A stretch of DNA of 57,129 nt, taken from contig JAUCBJ010006927.1 of assembly GCA_032718475.1 (NCBI GenBank), forward strand, positions 1 to 57,129. The letters are read 5' to 3'. Positions 11,050 through 21,493 of the stretch are shown here, in pieces. The notes under the pieces are model-generated. The model had not been told where the DNA came from. It saw nothing but the letters and a program-made list of their open reading frames with translations, and did not search any database. The position numbers and the translations under genes were made by a program. The number at the start of each line of letters is the position of its first letter. Position 1 is the first letter of the stretch. The stretch comes from Nemertoderma westbladi. Lineage: Eukaryota; Animalia; Xenacoelomorpha.

Positions 11050-14000
11050 ATGAGTGAGTCGGGCGAGACACCACCGCGGACCCCGGACGAAGACCTAACG
11101 ATCCGCGAGGCCGCGACCAAACGATACAGGCCCACGACGCCGGAGCCATCGATAACGGGCGAACCGGAAGCACAGGACGAGGAGGGCCTGGAACCCGAAG
11201 TCGAGCCAAGAGAGAGAGAGAACGAGGTCGAGGGAGAAAGAGACGAGTCGACACGAGACGGAGAACGGCGCGCCGATGTCGCCGGCCAGCTACCGGCCGA
11301 GGGCGACGAGCGGCCCACCGAAACGGCGACGGTGGGGCCGACGGTACGACGCCGGACGCGAAGAGACGGAGGAGAGATTGGTACCGATGTCGCCGGCCAG
11401 CTACAGGCCGAGGGCGACGGACGGCCCACCGGAACGGCGACGGTGGAGCCGCGGGTACGACGTCGAACCCGGAGGGCCGGAGGAGAGGTCGGCGACGAGG
11501 ACGTCGGGGTATCAGAGCGACTTCGACGGGCCTACAACGCGACCCGAAGGATGATAGAGGACGCCAAGAAGGAAGGGGCGAAGGTAGACGAGGTGAGACT
11601 GAGAAAGCGACTAGGTGAGTCGGATAGACACATAAATTACCTAATACGTTTTGGGCAAAGAGAACTAGCCGAAACGAGAGCACACGGGATTGCCGGGGAA
11701 CTGTTTGAACTATGGGAGTGTGGGAGTATGGAACCTAGTGTAGCGTCAGTGTACATAGGGCCATACTTGGTCAATGCCCGGGGAGTAAAACCAGTAGGCT
11801 GGAGGGAACCCGAAGGGGGCGAATCCGAGGTTAACCCCGAGGATTCGGCCTCGTCGGTCGGAGAAAGCTCCGGGAAGCGGGGGGGAATCAGTAGGTCGGG
11901 AAGGCGGGGGAAATCCGTCGTGACCGATAAGTCTGTTACATCCTCCGCGAAAGGAAGAGCGGTGAGAGAGATAGGTGCCGAATATCGCCTCAGCATGGCA
12001 GCGAAAGATCATAGAGAAATCAAGGAACGGCTAGAGGAAGGGAGAGTGCGGTTAGAAAGGGAAACGGCATTGCTTAAAGAAACAGGAGAGAGGGCAGAAA
12101 GGGCTTTGAAAAGCCTAAGGGAGTATGATGAGATAGAGGAAAGGGAGTGTAGGGAGCGTGAGGCGAGAGAGGAAAGGGGGCGCAAGGAGCGTGAGGCAAG
12201 GGAGGAAAGGGAACGCAAGGAGCGTGAGGCGGAACGCAAGGAGCGTGAGGCGAGAATGGAAAAGGAACGCAAGGAGCGTGAGGCGAGAGAGGAAGGGGAA
12301 CGCAAGGAGCGTGAGGCAAGGGAGGAAAGGGAACGCAAGGAGCGTGAGGCAGAACGCAAGGAGCGTGAGGCGAGAGAGGAAAAGGAACGTAAGGAGCGCG
12401 AAGTGAGACGAAGGGAGAGTATTAAGAGTGCTGCAGAGTCGGCCATTAGGGACACCCGGGAGCGTGAGAGAAGAGTGGCAGAGACTGAGGGAGAAAACAA
12501 GAAAATAGAGAGACAACAGAGTGAGTCTGCGGGAGATGAGATTAAACGGGCGCACGAGTTGCAACTCGTGCGAAGAGCGCCGTCTGAAAGCGGGGCCGGC
12601 TCGGGTATTTTTAGGGAGCCGGGGGCCGTAGAAACATTTATTAATACCCCACTGACAGGGACCGCACGACAGACTCAAGACTGGTGCGACCGTATGAGCG
12701 GGGGGGGTAATAATAATATTGGTACTGTAGACGTTGTTGATATTAATAGTACCGTATGGGATAACACTAATCAAACCTTTATTGCAGGAAATACTTTGCC
12801 TAGTGGTAGTAATTTAAATTTAAATCAGAACAATCCCAATACTAATGTAGAAAATAATCCTAATGTTGATGTAGTTACGCAAAATAATTCAAATAATCAA
12901 AATAATAATCCGAACTCGGACCTACAAAATAATTTAAATAACGCAATTACGCAAAATAATTCAAATAATCAAAATAATAATCCGAACTCGGACCTACAAA
13001 ATAATTTAAATAACGCAATTACGCAAAATAATTCGAATAATTTAAATAATGACCCATGCCCGAATTTACAAAATAACTCAGATAACGTAGTCGCGCAGAA
13101 TAATGCAAATGGTTTTGTCTCAAACGAGCAAATTGATTCCGTTTCTAATATAGGTGCTATTAATGCAAACAAGTCGGGCCTACATAACCAGGGAGCAGAG
13201 GGCCTGGTGGGCCACGTAGTTAGTGGACAGGGAGCAGAGGGCCTGGTAGGCCACGTAGTTAGTAGACAGGGAGCAGAGGGCCTGGTAGGCCACGTAGTTA
13301 GTAGACAGGGAGCAGAGGGCCTGGTAGGCCACGTGGTTGGTAGGGAGGGAGTAGAGGGCCTGGTAGGCCACGCAATAGCAGAGGGAGAGGCGGGGGTGAA
13401 CAGACCCGACCGTGGTAGGGTTGATGTGTCGACTAGAGAGGTATATAATAGCGGGGAAAGAGGTAGCGAAGTTAGATGTAGCGAGTGGGGGGGGGGGGGC
13501 TACGAGGGCCCCACAACAGAGAGTTAGCGGCGAAAAGGGGGGGGCAGAGAGTGTCCCACAGCCGTCAGCGGATAATGCGAGGGCCGAACAAGGTAAACCG
13601 CAACAACCGGCGACGGAAAGTAATAGGGGGATTGCGAGTATCCCCAGCGACGTGCGATCGAGCAGAGAAAGACAGGTTGACGTCGCGGGAGGGCAGACGG
13701 AGCGTCGAGCCCGATCAGAGGAGGAAAGAAGAACAGTGGGGCTTAACCGGGAGGTCGACGAGAGATCTCGTGAGCGGGAATATTCCACTGATAGGAGAAG
13801 AGAGGAAGACAGTAGTAGGAGTATCGCCGCAAACGATAGAAGAGCGAGGACGGACAGCGAGCCGTCGGTAGTCGAGATGAGAACAGAGAGTCAGTGGGGT
13901 CGGACTCCGGGAGATTGCCGTCGCCCCGGAGGGATGCGATCCGGTGAGACGCATTACACGGCGAGAGAGGGGTACGCGATGTACCGGTGCGAAGATGAAA

Positions 14001-14464
14001 ACAGTGGAGAGGGGGGTCGAAGAGAAACTTTCCGACGGAATATACCTACCGATCGAGAATACGGTAGCCGCGGGGAGGATTATTCGAGAAGAATAAACTT
14101 CAATCCCGAGCAACACATGCAGACTGTAGGGCATACTGTAGGTCATACTGCACATACCGTAGGCCATACTGAGAGAGGCAATGTAGGCGATAGGATAGCG
14201 CGGACAACGGGATTAAACCCGGAAGTCGCGGAATACATACCGGCGAGTAGGCCAGAAGCTGATAGGCCTATACCGGTACCAGCACAGCAGTATGACTACA
14301 GCGTGCAGGGACATAACATATACCCAGGGGAAGGGGGAATTATTGCGGATAGGTGCATGGGCCCCAACATATTAACATCAACCCCATTCCCAAACATACC
14401 GGTGTGGGGGGGGGACAGGGTGACATTCCCCCATCACAATATCAACAATATACCCCGATGGTAG
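11050..14464 (+). CDS. Long low-complexity N-terminal Gag extension (ORFs 11050-13527 and 13412-14464, joined across a poly-G tract)
   Basis: BEL-like PEDSASS motif, ERKEREAR coiled-coil repeats, Asn-rich tract and 13-aa GAEGLVGHVVSRQ repeats. The frame changes at G-runs near 13490 and 14410. Confidence 0.65.
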
Positions 14465-16338
14465 CAAGAACAACGAAACCCTTGGACGAAAACAGGTCGT
14501 GTGATACAGACATATGGAGGGGGCCGCTACCCCCGATGACATATCCGAGTCAGAGAATATCAAGAAATAGGACGGACGAACCGCACCAGACAGGGGAAAC
14601 TATACAGCACCCGTCGAATCCATTAGAAGCGCAGGCAATGGGGATGGCCACGTTGATCGATGCGTTGAAAACGAGGATCGAATTACCACCCGTGGAACCG
14701 TTCAAATTCGATGGGAGCAGGCCGGAAGAATACTTACAGTTTCGGCGAATGTATAGTAACGAAATACTAACAAAAAACTTGACGCAGGCGGAGTGCCTAA
14801 AATATCTACAAGTGTACACGGGAGGCCCAGCATACGATATCGTGAGGCAATACCAAGGAATAGAGGGCGGCTTCACGACAGCATGGCGGGCACTGGATAG
14901 GGAATACGGGCACCCGGCCAAGATCATCAGGCAGACGCTGAGAGGCATAACATCGGGTGGCCTACAGGATAACCCCGTTAGCATTAAGACGTTTGCTAAC
15001 AAAGTCGAGAAGGCGCTGATCGTGCTGAAGACGCTAGACGCGCCATACGAGCTCAACGCGTCCAATAACATCACCACGATAGCGCAGGCACTACCGAGTT
15101 GGCTGCGCAACAAATGGAGGAAGATCGCTTTCTCCACCCGAGACAAGAAGGGTGCGGAACCAGGTTTAGAAGAAATGTCAAACTTCTTAAATTACGAGGC
15201 CGAACTAATAACGGACCCAGTCTATAGTGAAGATAGCCTGGGAAAGGGACCAAAGACAGATCATTACAGGCCCAAACCAGAGCACAATACATCGAACGCG
15301 TTACCGAGACTCAGGCAATCATTGCCATATGCAGCGACGCAGGGGACTGCAAGTCCACAGACAAGCGAAGATAAAACAACATCAAGGGACGGACAGGGGA
15401 ACAATAACAACATGAATAAACATAACCTCAGTACGTCCAGTAGGCCAAATCCAGTCAATAAGAATAGTAGGGACTTTGGTACAAATATAACTGCGATACG
15501 CAACGCATTGTATAAAGAGGGCTACGACCCAAAGAGCAAATGCCAGTTACACGCAAATGCGCTTCATAAAACCATGAACTGCAGGTACTGGCAGGCGCTA
15601 CCGAGGCAAGACCAGATAGATTACGCGTCGAGCAATAAAATCTGCTCGCGATGTGTAAAGAGTGGACACAAGGCCAGGGAATGCCAAGAGAAGCCGGTCA
15701 AGTTTGGCCAAAGGAGAGGCCAGACGATGGCAACGAGCACAGTAGGGGCGAAGAGGAGAGGAACAGTGCTACTTGGAGTAGTACCAGTACGAGTGATCGG
15801 GGAAGGCAATCGATCAGTAACAACACTAATGCTGGTTGATAGTGGAGCTGCCTTCACATTAGTTGAGGAATGGGTAGCCGAAGAAATAGGGTTGAGAACG
15901 AGGCCAAGCAGGATGGCGGTGACAACCATCTCTAGCAAAGACGAGATCCTAGAGATGAGGACAGGACGGTGCGCAATTGCAGCAGTGGCACCAGGATGCG
16001 ATTATGGGGCAACAATCGACCCCATCCAAGTAATAGAGTCAATTAACATCAATGCCAGGCGGCCAACCAACATCGAGGTCGAGCAATACAAATTCCTGGA
16101 TAACATTGACTTCTCAATCCCAGACGTGGACGTTAGGAAGGTATCCATCATAGTAGGCATGGACTGCCCGACGGCCCACGAAAGAATGCAAACGGTCTTC
16201 GGCGAAGACAAGCAGAGCGACCCGGTGGCCATATTAACACCATTCGGGTGGACACTGACAGAGGCCCAATTAAGAGTAATATACCATTCCATGTGTCTGA
16301 GAGTTCAGGATGCATGGTGCCAGGAACTGACGAGATAG
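14353..16338 (+). CDS. BEL/Pao Gag core, zinc knuckles and aspartic protease
   Basis: LPPVEPFKFDG..EEYLQF..YLQVYTGGPA..AWRALDREYG is DUF1759-like. Knuckles CQLHANALHKTMNC and CSRCVKSGHKAREC; protease LVDSGA; BEL-typical PVAILTPFGW. Confidence 0.88.
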   Translation: MHGPQHININPIPKHTGVGGGQGDIPPSQYQQYTPMVARTTKPLDENRSCDTDIWRGPLPPMTYPSQRISRNRTDEPHQTGETIQHPSNPLEAQAMGMATLIDALKTRIELPPVEPFKFDGSRPEEYLQFRRMYSNEILTKNLTQAECLKYLQVYTGGPAYDIVRQYQGIEGGFTTAWRALDREYGHPAKIIRQTLRGITSGGLQDNPVSIKTFANKVEKALIVLKTLDAPYELNASNNITTIAQALPSWLRNKWRKIAFSTRDKKGAEPGLEEMSNFLNYEAELITDPVYSEDSLGKGPKTDHYRPKPEHNTSNALPRLRQSLPYAATQGTASPQTSEDKTTSRDGQGNNNNMNKHNLSTSSRPNPVNKNSRDFGTNITAIRNALYKEGYDPKSKCQLHANALHKTMNCRYWQALPRQDQIDYASSNKICSRCVKSGHKARECQEKPVKFGQRRGQTMATSTVGAKRRGTVLLGVVPVRVIGEGNRSVTTLMLVDSGAAFTLVEEWVAEEIGLRTRPSRMAVTTISSKDEILEMRTGRCAIAAVAPGCDYGATIDPIQVIESININARRPTNIEVEQYKFLDNIDFSIPDVDVRKVSIIVGMDCPTAHERMQTVFGEDKQSDPVAILTPFGWTLTEAQLRVIYHSMCLRVQDAWCQELTR

Positions 16339-17141
16339 AGGAGAGGCCAGAGATGGGCAATAGTGGTAGACAGCTAAAAGAAGAAGCAACACCAAGAGAG
16401 TGGGCGGAGGAGAATGGTATGGATGCAGAAGATCTAGAGACGATGGGTTGGAACAAGGGTCCCAGCAAGTATCGGTATGGAGATGGAGAGGAGCGGACGG
16501 TGGAGTGTCGGGAGGACAAACCGGAGAAGTGTCCGGTGGAGTGTCCAGAGGAGCGTCCGGAAGAGACGCCGGTCCGGTTGAGAGGCATACCGACAAGGGG
16601 GAAGCCGAGTAAGAATACAAGATGGAAAGGGAGAAGATGTGAGACGATGAGACCAGGGGCAGAGAAGCCCATGAATAAACATATGGTGGACAAAGGAGCC
16701 GGGAGAGTAGGAGGCGTGCAGCGTACGCACGCGGAACTGACAGAGTGCGAGGGGGCATTACATGCGCAGACATCGTGTATACCGAAGGACGAACGGGGGT
16801 CGTTGAAGCCTTTAATGCCAGCACACATATTAAGGGGGAGGCCAGCAGAGGTGACATCTAAGATTAAGGAGAAGAACAGGGGCGGCATTATACCGCCGGG
16901 TGACACGTTGAAGGGTGGCACTTTGCCGCCAAGGGACGACCACGAGATCAGAAACATAAATAACAGACAGCATTTGCCAAAACAGGAGAAAAGACCACCT
17001 ATCGAATTGACAAGAAGAGCGGAGCGAAGAATTAGAGAACCTATAGGGGGGCAGTGGGAGAGTTGCCTGCTGGAGGAATCACCCCTTGGGTCGCTGAGTT
17101 GTCCAACAGGTTGGACTGGGATGGAAGAGTTAGATCCGTAA
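16248..17141 (+). CDS. Unknown tail of about 290 aa, probably continuing gag-pro after a 2-nt slip (GWTLT-GPI); no RT motifs
   Basis: Restoring GWTLTGPI needs a frame change near 16261. No YxDD or other pol motif follows. Confidence 0.45.
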   Translation: MDTDRGPIKSNIPFHVSESSGCMVPGTDEIEERPEMGNSGRQLKEEATPREWAEENGMDAEDLETMGWNKGPSKYRYGDGEERTVECREDKPEKCPVECPEERPEETPVRLRGIPTRGKPSKNTRWKGRRCETMRPGAEKPMNKHMVDKGAGRVGGVQRTHAELTECEGALHAQTSCIPKDERGSLKPLMPAHILRGRPAEVTSKIKEKNRGGIIPPGDTLKGGTLPPRDDHEIRNINNRQHLPKQEKRPPIELTRRAERRIREPIGGQWESCLLEESPLGSLSCPTGWTGMEELDP

Positions 17142-17296
17142 AAGGTGCGGGCAGAGGTGTTACCTGTCTCTTAGAAGGAGCACCTTAGAGCGGAGTTAGT
17201 GTGGAGTTTAGTCGTCCAAGTTTTGGACTGAGGGGGGTGGGATTGAGGGCGAGACGCCCTTCCCACACAAAATAAAAATAAAATAAAATAAAATAA

Positions 17297-17733
17297 GAGT
17301 TAGTCAGTTAGTTAGTAGGTACGTAGTACCAATAGTTAGAGTTAGAGTTAGAGGGTACGTAGTACCGATAGTTAGAGAGTTAGCAGGTACGTAGTACCTA
17401 GTTAGAGTTAGAGTTAGAGGGTACGTAGTACCGATAGTTAGAGTTAGTAGGTACGTAATACCTAGTCAGAGTTAGAGTTAGAGGGTAGGTAGTACCGATA
17501 GAGTTAGAGTTAGTAGGTACGTAGTACCTAGTTAGAGTTAGAGTTAGAGGGTACGTAGTACCGATAGTTAGAGTTAGTAGGTACGTAGTACCTAGTTAGA
17601 GTTAGAGTTAGAGGGTACGTAGTACCGATAGTTAGAGAGTTAGTAGGTACGTAGTACCTAGTTAGAGTTAGAGTTAGTAGGTACGTGGTACCTAGCTAGA
17701 GTTAGAGTTAGGGGGTACGTAGTACCATTAGTT
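17297..17733 (+). repeat. Tandem array of about 13 GGTAC-GTA-GTACC hairpins spaced by GTTAGA repeats
   Basis: ggtacgtagtacc recurs about every 30-36 bp in alternating ..ccta and ..ccgata units, with a dimer period near 64 bp. Confidence 0.9.
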
Positions 17734-18241
17734 AGAGAGAGAGAGTAAGAGGTAAAAGGGGTAAAATAGGATATAGATATTAGTTAGTAGTAAGTAGAGT
17801 TAGTAGCGAGAGGGGGGCATATGAGTGCAGCTGGATAAATCGTGTGGCCACACGACGCATACTGCTGTACTGCATAGGCCCACTGAGTAGGCCAGAATAT
17901 GGATCAGAGAGAGAATAGAATAAATCCATAGGCAGTAGTAAGTAGTAGGACAGTAGAATCAAAGCAAAATAAAATAAATAAATAGAATAGGGCTAAAAAT
18001 CGGAAAATAGTGGTAACACAAGGAAAGTCGTTCTAGAACATAATAAAAGTAACGGACAGAAATTGTAAATTAGGCTGATTTACTAGCTCCGAAATTAATT
18101 AGGTAAAACTTAGCTTGAAAGGCGCAATTAAGTAGAAAGTAGGCCATTATCGAACTGTACGAAACATCCTAAATACTTCACTCATCTGTATTGCGCCTTG
18201 GTAAGGCACCACCCTACAGGTGAGCGAGTGTAGTGTTCGGA

Positions 18242-20773
18242 ATGGCGAGTAAGCTGATCAGGAAGAGAAAGGCGGAGTCAGGAGGAAAGGAAATATTGGT
18301 GGATTTCACCGAAAGACACCCGGAGGAGAAGACGAGAGGATACTACGAGAGGTTGGAAAGGGGTCACGCGGCACGAGCGCTGCAGGATCACTTCCGGGAG
18401 GCGCACGAACAGCGGTTGGTCGGGACCTACGGGACGCCGTCGCTGGACAACGCGATCTTCCAACACTTCCACTACGTGGTGAAAGGAGACGAGGCGAAGT
18501 TCGGGATTCCGAAGTATCCGAGGGAATCGCCGAGGAAGGACTGGAAAAGATTCATAGAGTCCGTCAACAGAGGAGGATATATGATCCTAGATGACGAGGG
18601 AACCGTGGAAGACGAAGCGGGTTCGAGACGAGGAACGGCAGGGTCGGCCAGGACCATACTCTTGCATTTGGCAGCGCCAAATGGGGACATCTTCTTATTC
18701 GACCTAGGGACGTATGGGAAGAAGGACGGGCCGAAATTAGACCGACTGCCGAAAGCGGTACAAGTCTTAGTAAGAGAGAAGTCGACGACGAAAGTGGGAT
18801 CGGCGATTCGCGAGGACGCGGAGAGGATCATCGGTCCGGACGCCACCAACCTCCTGGATATGCAGAAAGTCTTTATGGCTATGACGGCACCGGATGGATT
18901 GGGGGTGGTCGAGAACTCAGGCCAATGCGGGGCGGTGGCGATGGGCCAACTATTGGGGCTCGTATGCCACAAACCAATGGATTGGGGGAAGTTTAGGGAA
19001 GAATACGGAGCAGAACTAGCGAACTCGCTGAAGTGGGGAGCGAGACCGGGAAAGCAGGAGGTATATCAGTTTCGCAGAGGAGCGATAAAGGTATATCAGA
19101 AGCGATATATCCTGCAGGAGGACTGGATGATGATAAGTTTGCTTAACTTATTCATGACCGTAGTTATCGAAAGGGAACCAGGGGCATTTCTGTTATCGGG
19201 ATCACCCCTAAGCTACAGGAGAGCCTTTAAGACGGCCTTTGACGGTCTGGTAGACCACCCGGGGCTGAAGGGCGAGTCGGTGTACTACAACAGCCGACAT
19301 CTGGTAGATGGGGAGACAGATACACCGTATCAGAGATGGGAGCAGCTAGAGATGGATAGACGGGAAGCAAAGCGACTGGAAGAAGTCTCTAGACGGGAGA
19401 GGATAGAAGCAGAGGAGAGGGAAGAGGAGGCCAGAACACAGAGTTATGGCTTCGAGGAACAGGCGGGTCTAGACGAGCTTCATTGGACTTCGTCAGGGAG
19501 TTCGGGGGAGTCTCTAGGACGAGAATTGGGATGGACGGTGGGATCGCCGAAACAGTCGACGTTGGGGTTGCAAACGATGCCCATACCAGCGGGCGCCGAG
19601 GGCGACCAACCGCCAAGGAAGTTAAGGGAGCTAGAGGGATGGAGAGCTACGGGCGAGAGCCAAGGCGGGAAGGGACATAGTGGATCCATCGGGATACCGG
19701 GATTGGAGACACTACCAGAGGAGGACGACGACGACGAGTTCGGAGAGATGCCGCCCATCGAAAGGATAGGCCACTCGGACACAGACTGGGTTGGCGGAAG
19801 GGTGGTGACGGCCAGTGGGGCGAGGGCCTTCTGGAACAGATCCGGCAAGCGGACCTGGGTGCACGAGGAGCCGGCGATGGATTTCGCGGGGAGCACCATC
19901 AGGTTGGGCGAGCAACCGGGAACGGCACCACGGATAGTATTCGGGGAGACGATGCCCGAGAGGGGCGGAGAGATAGACGTAAACAGGGAGAGCAACGTAG
20001 AGAAGTTCGCCTACCAGCGACTCCATAGACCGCGGAGATCGCTTGGGACGAAGGACGAGGTGGGACGGGAGACATTGGTACTCGGCTGCGACTACTGTGG
20101 GAGACAGACCCATCAGGAAAGCAGCTGCCTATACCGGTTCCAACGGGGAACCTTTTGTCTCTACTGTAGAGAACCAAGTCACAGGATGGGGGCGTGTCCA
20201 CGGTTGCATAACCGATGTCCAAAGTGCCACTTTCGGGGACACTACGGACGCGAGTGCGACTGGATGAGCGACGAGGAGAAGTTCACGAGGTTCGAGGAGT
20301 GGGCCGACGTCGGGGCCATGACGCGCCAGCGCATGAAGGCCCAAGAGTTCAAGTGGGGTTTCTTCCTCATAAACCAGGAGACCCACATGGAAATCATAAA
20401 GCGAAGGTTACCGTTTACCTATCAAGAGGTAGCTACGGCGGCATCGTTCGCCGGAGTTATGAACACGCAACGGTACCTGGACAGGTGGACACCAGAGAAC
20501 CGGAGGGAGTTTAGGGATTTCTTGGCGGAACACGTACCAAAGGCAATGAAAATGATCCTATGGGACGCCACACGAGGGAGACAACCAGGCCATTCTGAGG
20601 GGCCACCGGCGAAGCGGTATCGGGCATTAATAACACCAGCGCCCAAGGAGCCGACGACCGGGATCAGCAAGGAAGTGGCGGCAAAGGTCCGGAAGCAGAA
20701 AGCGGATGATGCCAGAGGAGCGGTGATAACCAAGAAACGGGCCAGGGAAGAGGACGTGAGGAGGAACAGATAG
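18242..20773 (+). CDS. 843-aa protein: DEDDy (WRN/EXD/RNase D-like) 3'-5' exonuclease domain plus three CCHC zinc knuckles
   Basis: ExoI ILDDEG (near 18590); LLHLAA..IFLFDL..LPKAVQVLV..KVGSAIRED (ExoII); LLDMQ; QKRYILQED (ExoIII-like). Knuckles CDYCGRQTHQESSC, CLYCREPSHRMGAC and CPKCHFRGHYGREC at 20087-20257. Uninterrupted ORF with basic NLS-like termini. Confidence 0.8.
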   Translation: MASKLIRKRKAESGGKEILVDFTERHPEEKTRGYYERLERGHAARALQDHFREAHEQRLVGTYGTPSLDNAIFQHFHYVVKGDEAKFGIPKYPRESPRKDWKRFIESVNRGGYMILDDEGTVEDEAGSRRGTAGSARTILLHLAAPNGDIFLFDLGTYGKKDGPKLDRLPKAVQVLVREKSTTKVGSAIREDAERIIGPDATNLLDMQKVFMAMTAPDGLGVVENSGQCGAVAMGQLLGLVCHKPMDWGKFREEYGAELANSLKWGARPGKQEVYQFRRGAIKVYQKRYILQEDWMMISLLNLFMTVVIEREPGAFLLSGSPLSYRRAFKTAFDGLVDHPGLKGESVYYNSRHLVDGETDTPYQRWEQLEMDRREAKRLEEVSRRERIEAEEREEEARTQSYGFEEQAGLDELHWTSSGSSGESLGRELGWTVGSPKQSTLGLQTMPIPAGAEGDQPPRKLRELEGWRATGESQGGKGHSGSIGIPGLETLPEEDDDDEFGEMPPIERIGHSDTDWVGGRVVTASGARAFWNRSGKRTWVHEEPAMDFAGSTIRLGEQPGTAPRIVFGETMPERGGEIDVNRESNVEKFAYQRLHRPRRSLGTKDEVGRETLVLGCDYCGRQTHQESSCLYRFQRGTFCLYCREPSHRMGACPRLHNRCPKCHFRGHYGRECDWMSDEEKFTRFEEWADVGAMTRQRMKAQEFKWGFFLINQETHMEIIKRRLPFTYQEVATAASFAGVMNTQRYLDRWTPENRREFRDFLAEHVPKAMKMILWDATRGRQPGHSEGPPAKRYRALITPAPKEPTTGISKEVAAKVRKQKADDARGAVITKKRAREEDVRRNR

Positions 20774-21455
20774 GTTCCCGGAGACGAGGGAACGAGGGAG
20801 TGAGACTGAGACTGGAAAGTGGTGCGCCTGGAAGGCGCCGCATGGAACGTACGAACTATTAAATACAAATTTATTTAATTAATGCAAATAACCATATAAG
20901 TGCAATTCGTATGTACGTACGTAGTAATTAGCAGTAAAATACATACGTTTGGAGTAAGTACTATAGTCATACAACCTTTCTCAACTAGCTAGTGGGACTG
21001 GGGGGAATAACTGACTATGGCACTATGGACGAGACAACTGACAATTTCATACTTCTCGAGTGCGACGGCACGAGAGGGGGGGGAGGTTCGTCAGGAGAGA
21101 TAAAACAGCAGAAGTGAGGTTGAGGGACGCAGTGATAGAGTGGAGTGCAAAGAGAGTGCGGACGCGATTCTAGAGTGTGGGGGGGGAGAAGAAGAGGCTG
21201 AGTAGGGACGAGGAGGTCCGAGTGTGAGAGAGTTAGGGTGAGAGTGAAGGTGAGATAGGGCGAAAGTGTTGGGGAAACAAAAATCGCGTGAAGAGGTGAG
21301 CGCGATCGGCCCGACATGAGGCGCCAGGCACACAGGGTAGCGTTATCATACCCATAGGGGGCGGCCTGGAAAGCCGGCTCCTAGAGAAAAGAATTCCACC
21401 CCACACCCGATACTAGATCGGGATCCAGCGGGATTGTAACGCACTTTTTTGGTTG

Positions 21456-21493
21456 ATGCTATCTTCTTACCGGGAAGATAGCATGGGGGGGAG
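21456..21493 (+). promoter_or_regulatory. 11-bp hairpin followed by the polypurine tract of the LTR element
   Basis: atgctatcttc-ttaccgg-gaagatagcat, then gggggggag directly before the TGT of the 3' LTR. Confidence 0.8.

Noticed and set aside
10808-16957. Long antisense ORFs over gag (e.g. 10808-11683, 12009-12500, 16148-16957)
   Set aside because: These are shadows of GC/purine-rich repetitive coding sequence and show no motifs.
17330-17730. Interstitial telomeric repeat
   Set aside because: TTAGAG units occur only 1-3 in a row between hairpins, and there is no canonical TTAGG or TTAGGG run.
17297-17733. CRISPR-like array of palindromic repeats
   Set aside because: The spacers are themselves repetitive GTTAGA units rather than unique sequences, there are no cas genes, and the context is eukaryotic.
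18242-20773. Envelope gene
   Set aside because: No signal peptide or transmembrane anchor; nuclease and knuckle motifs are present instead.
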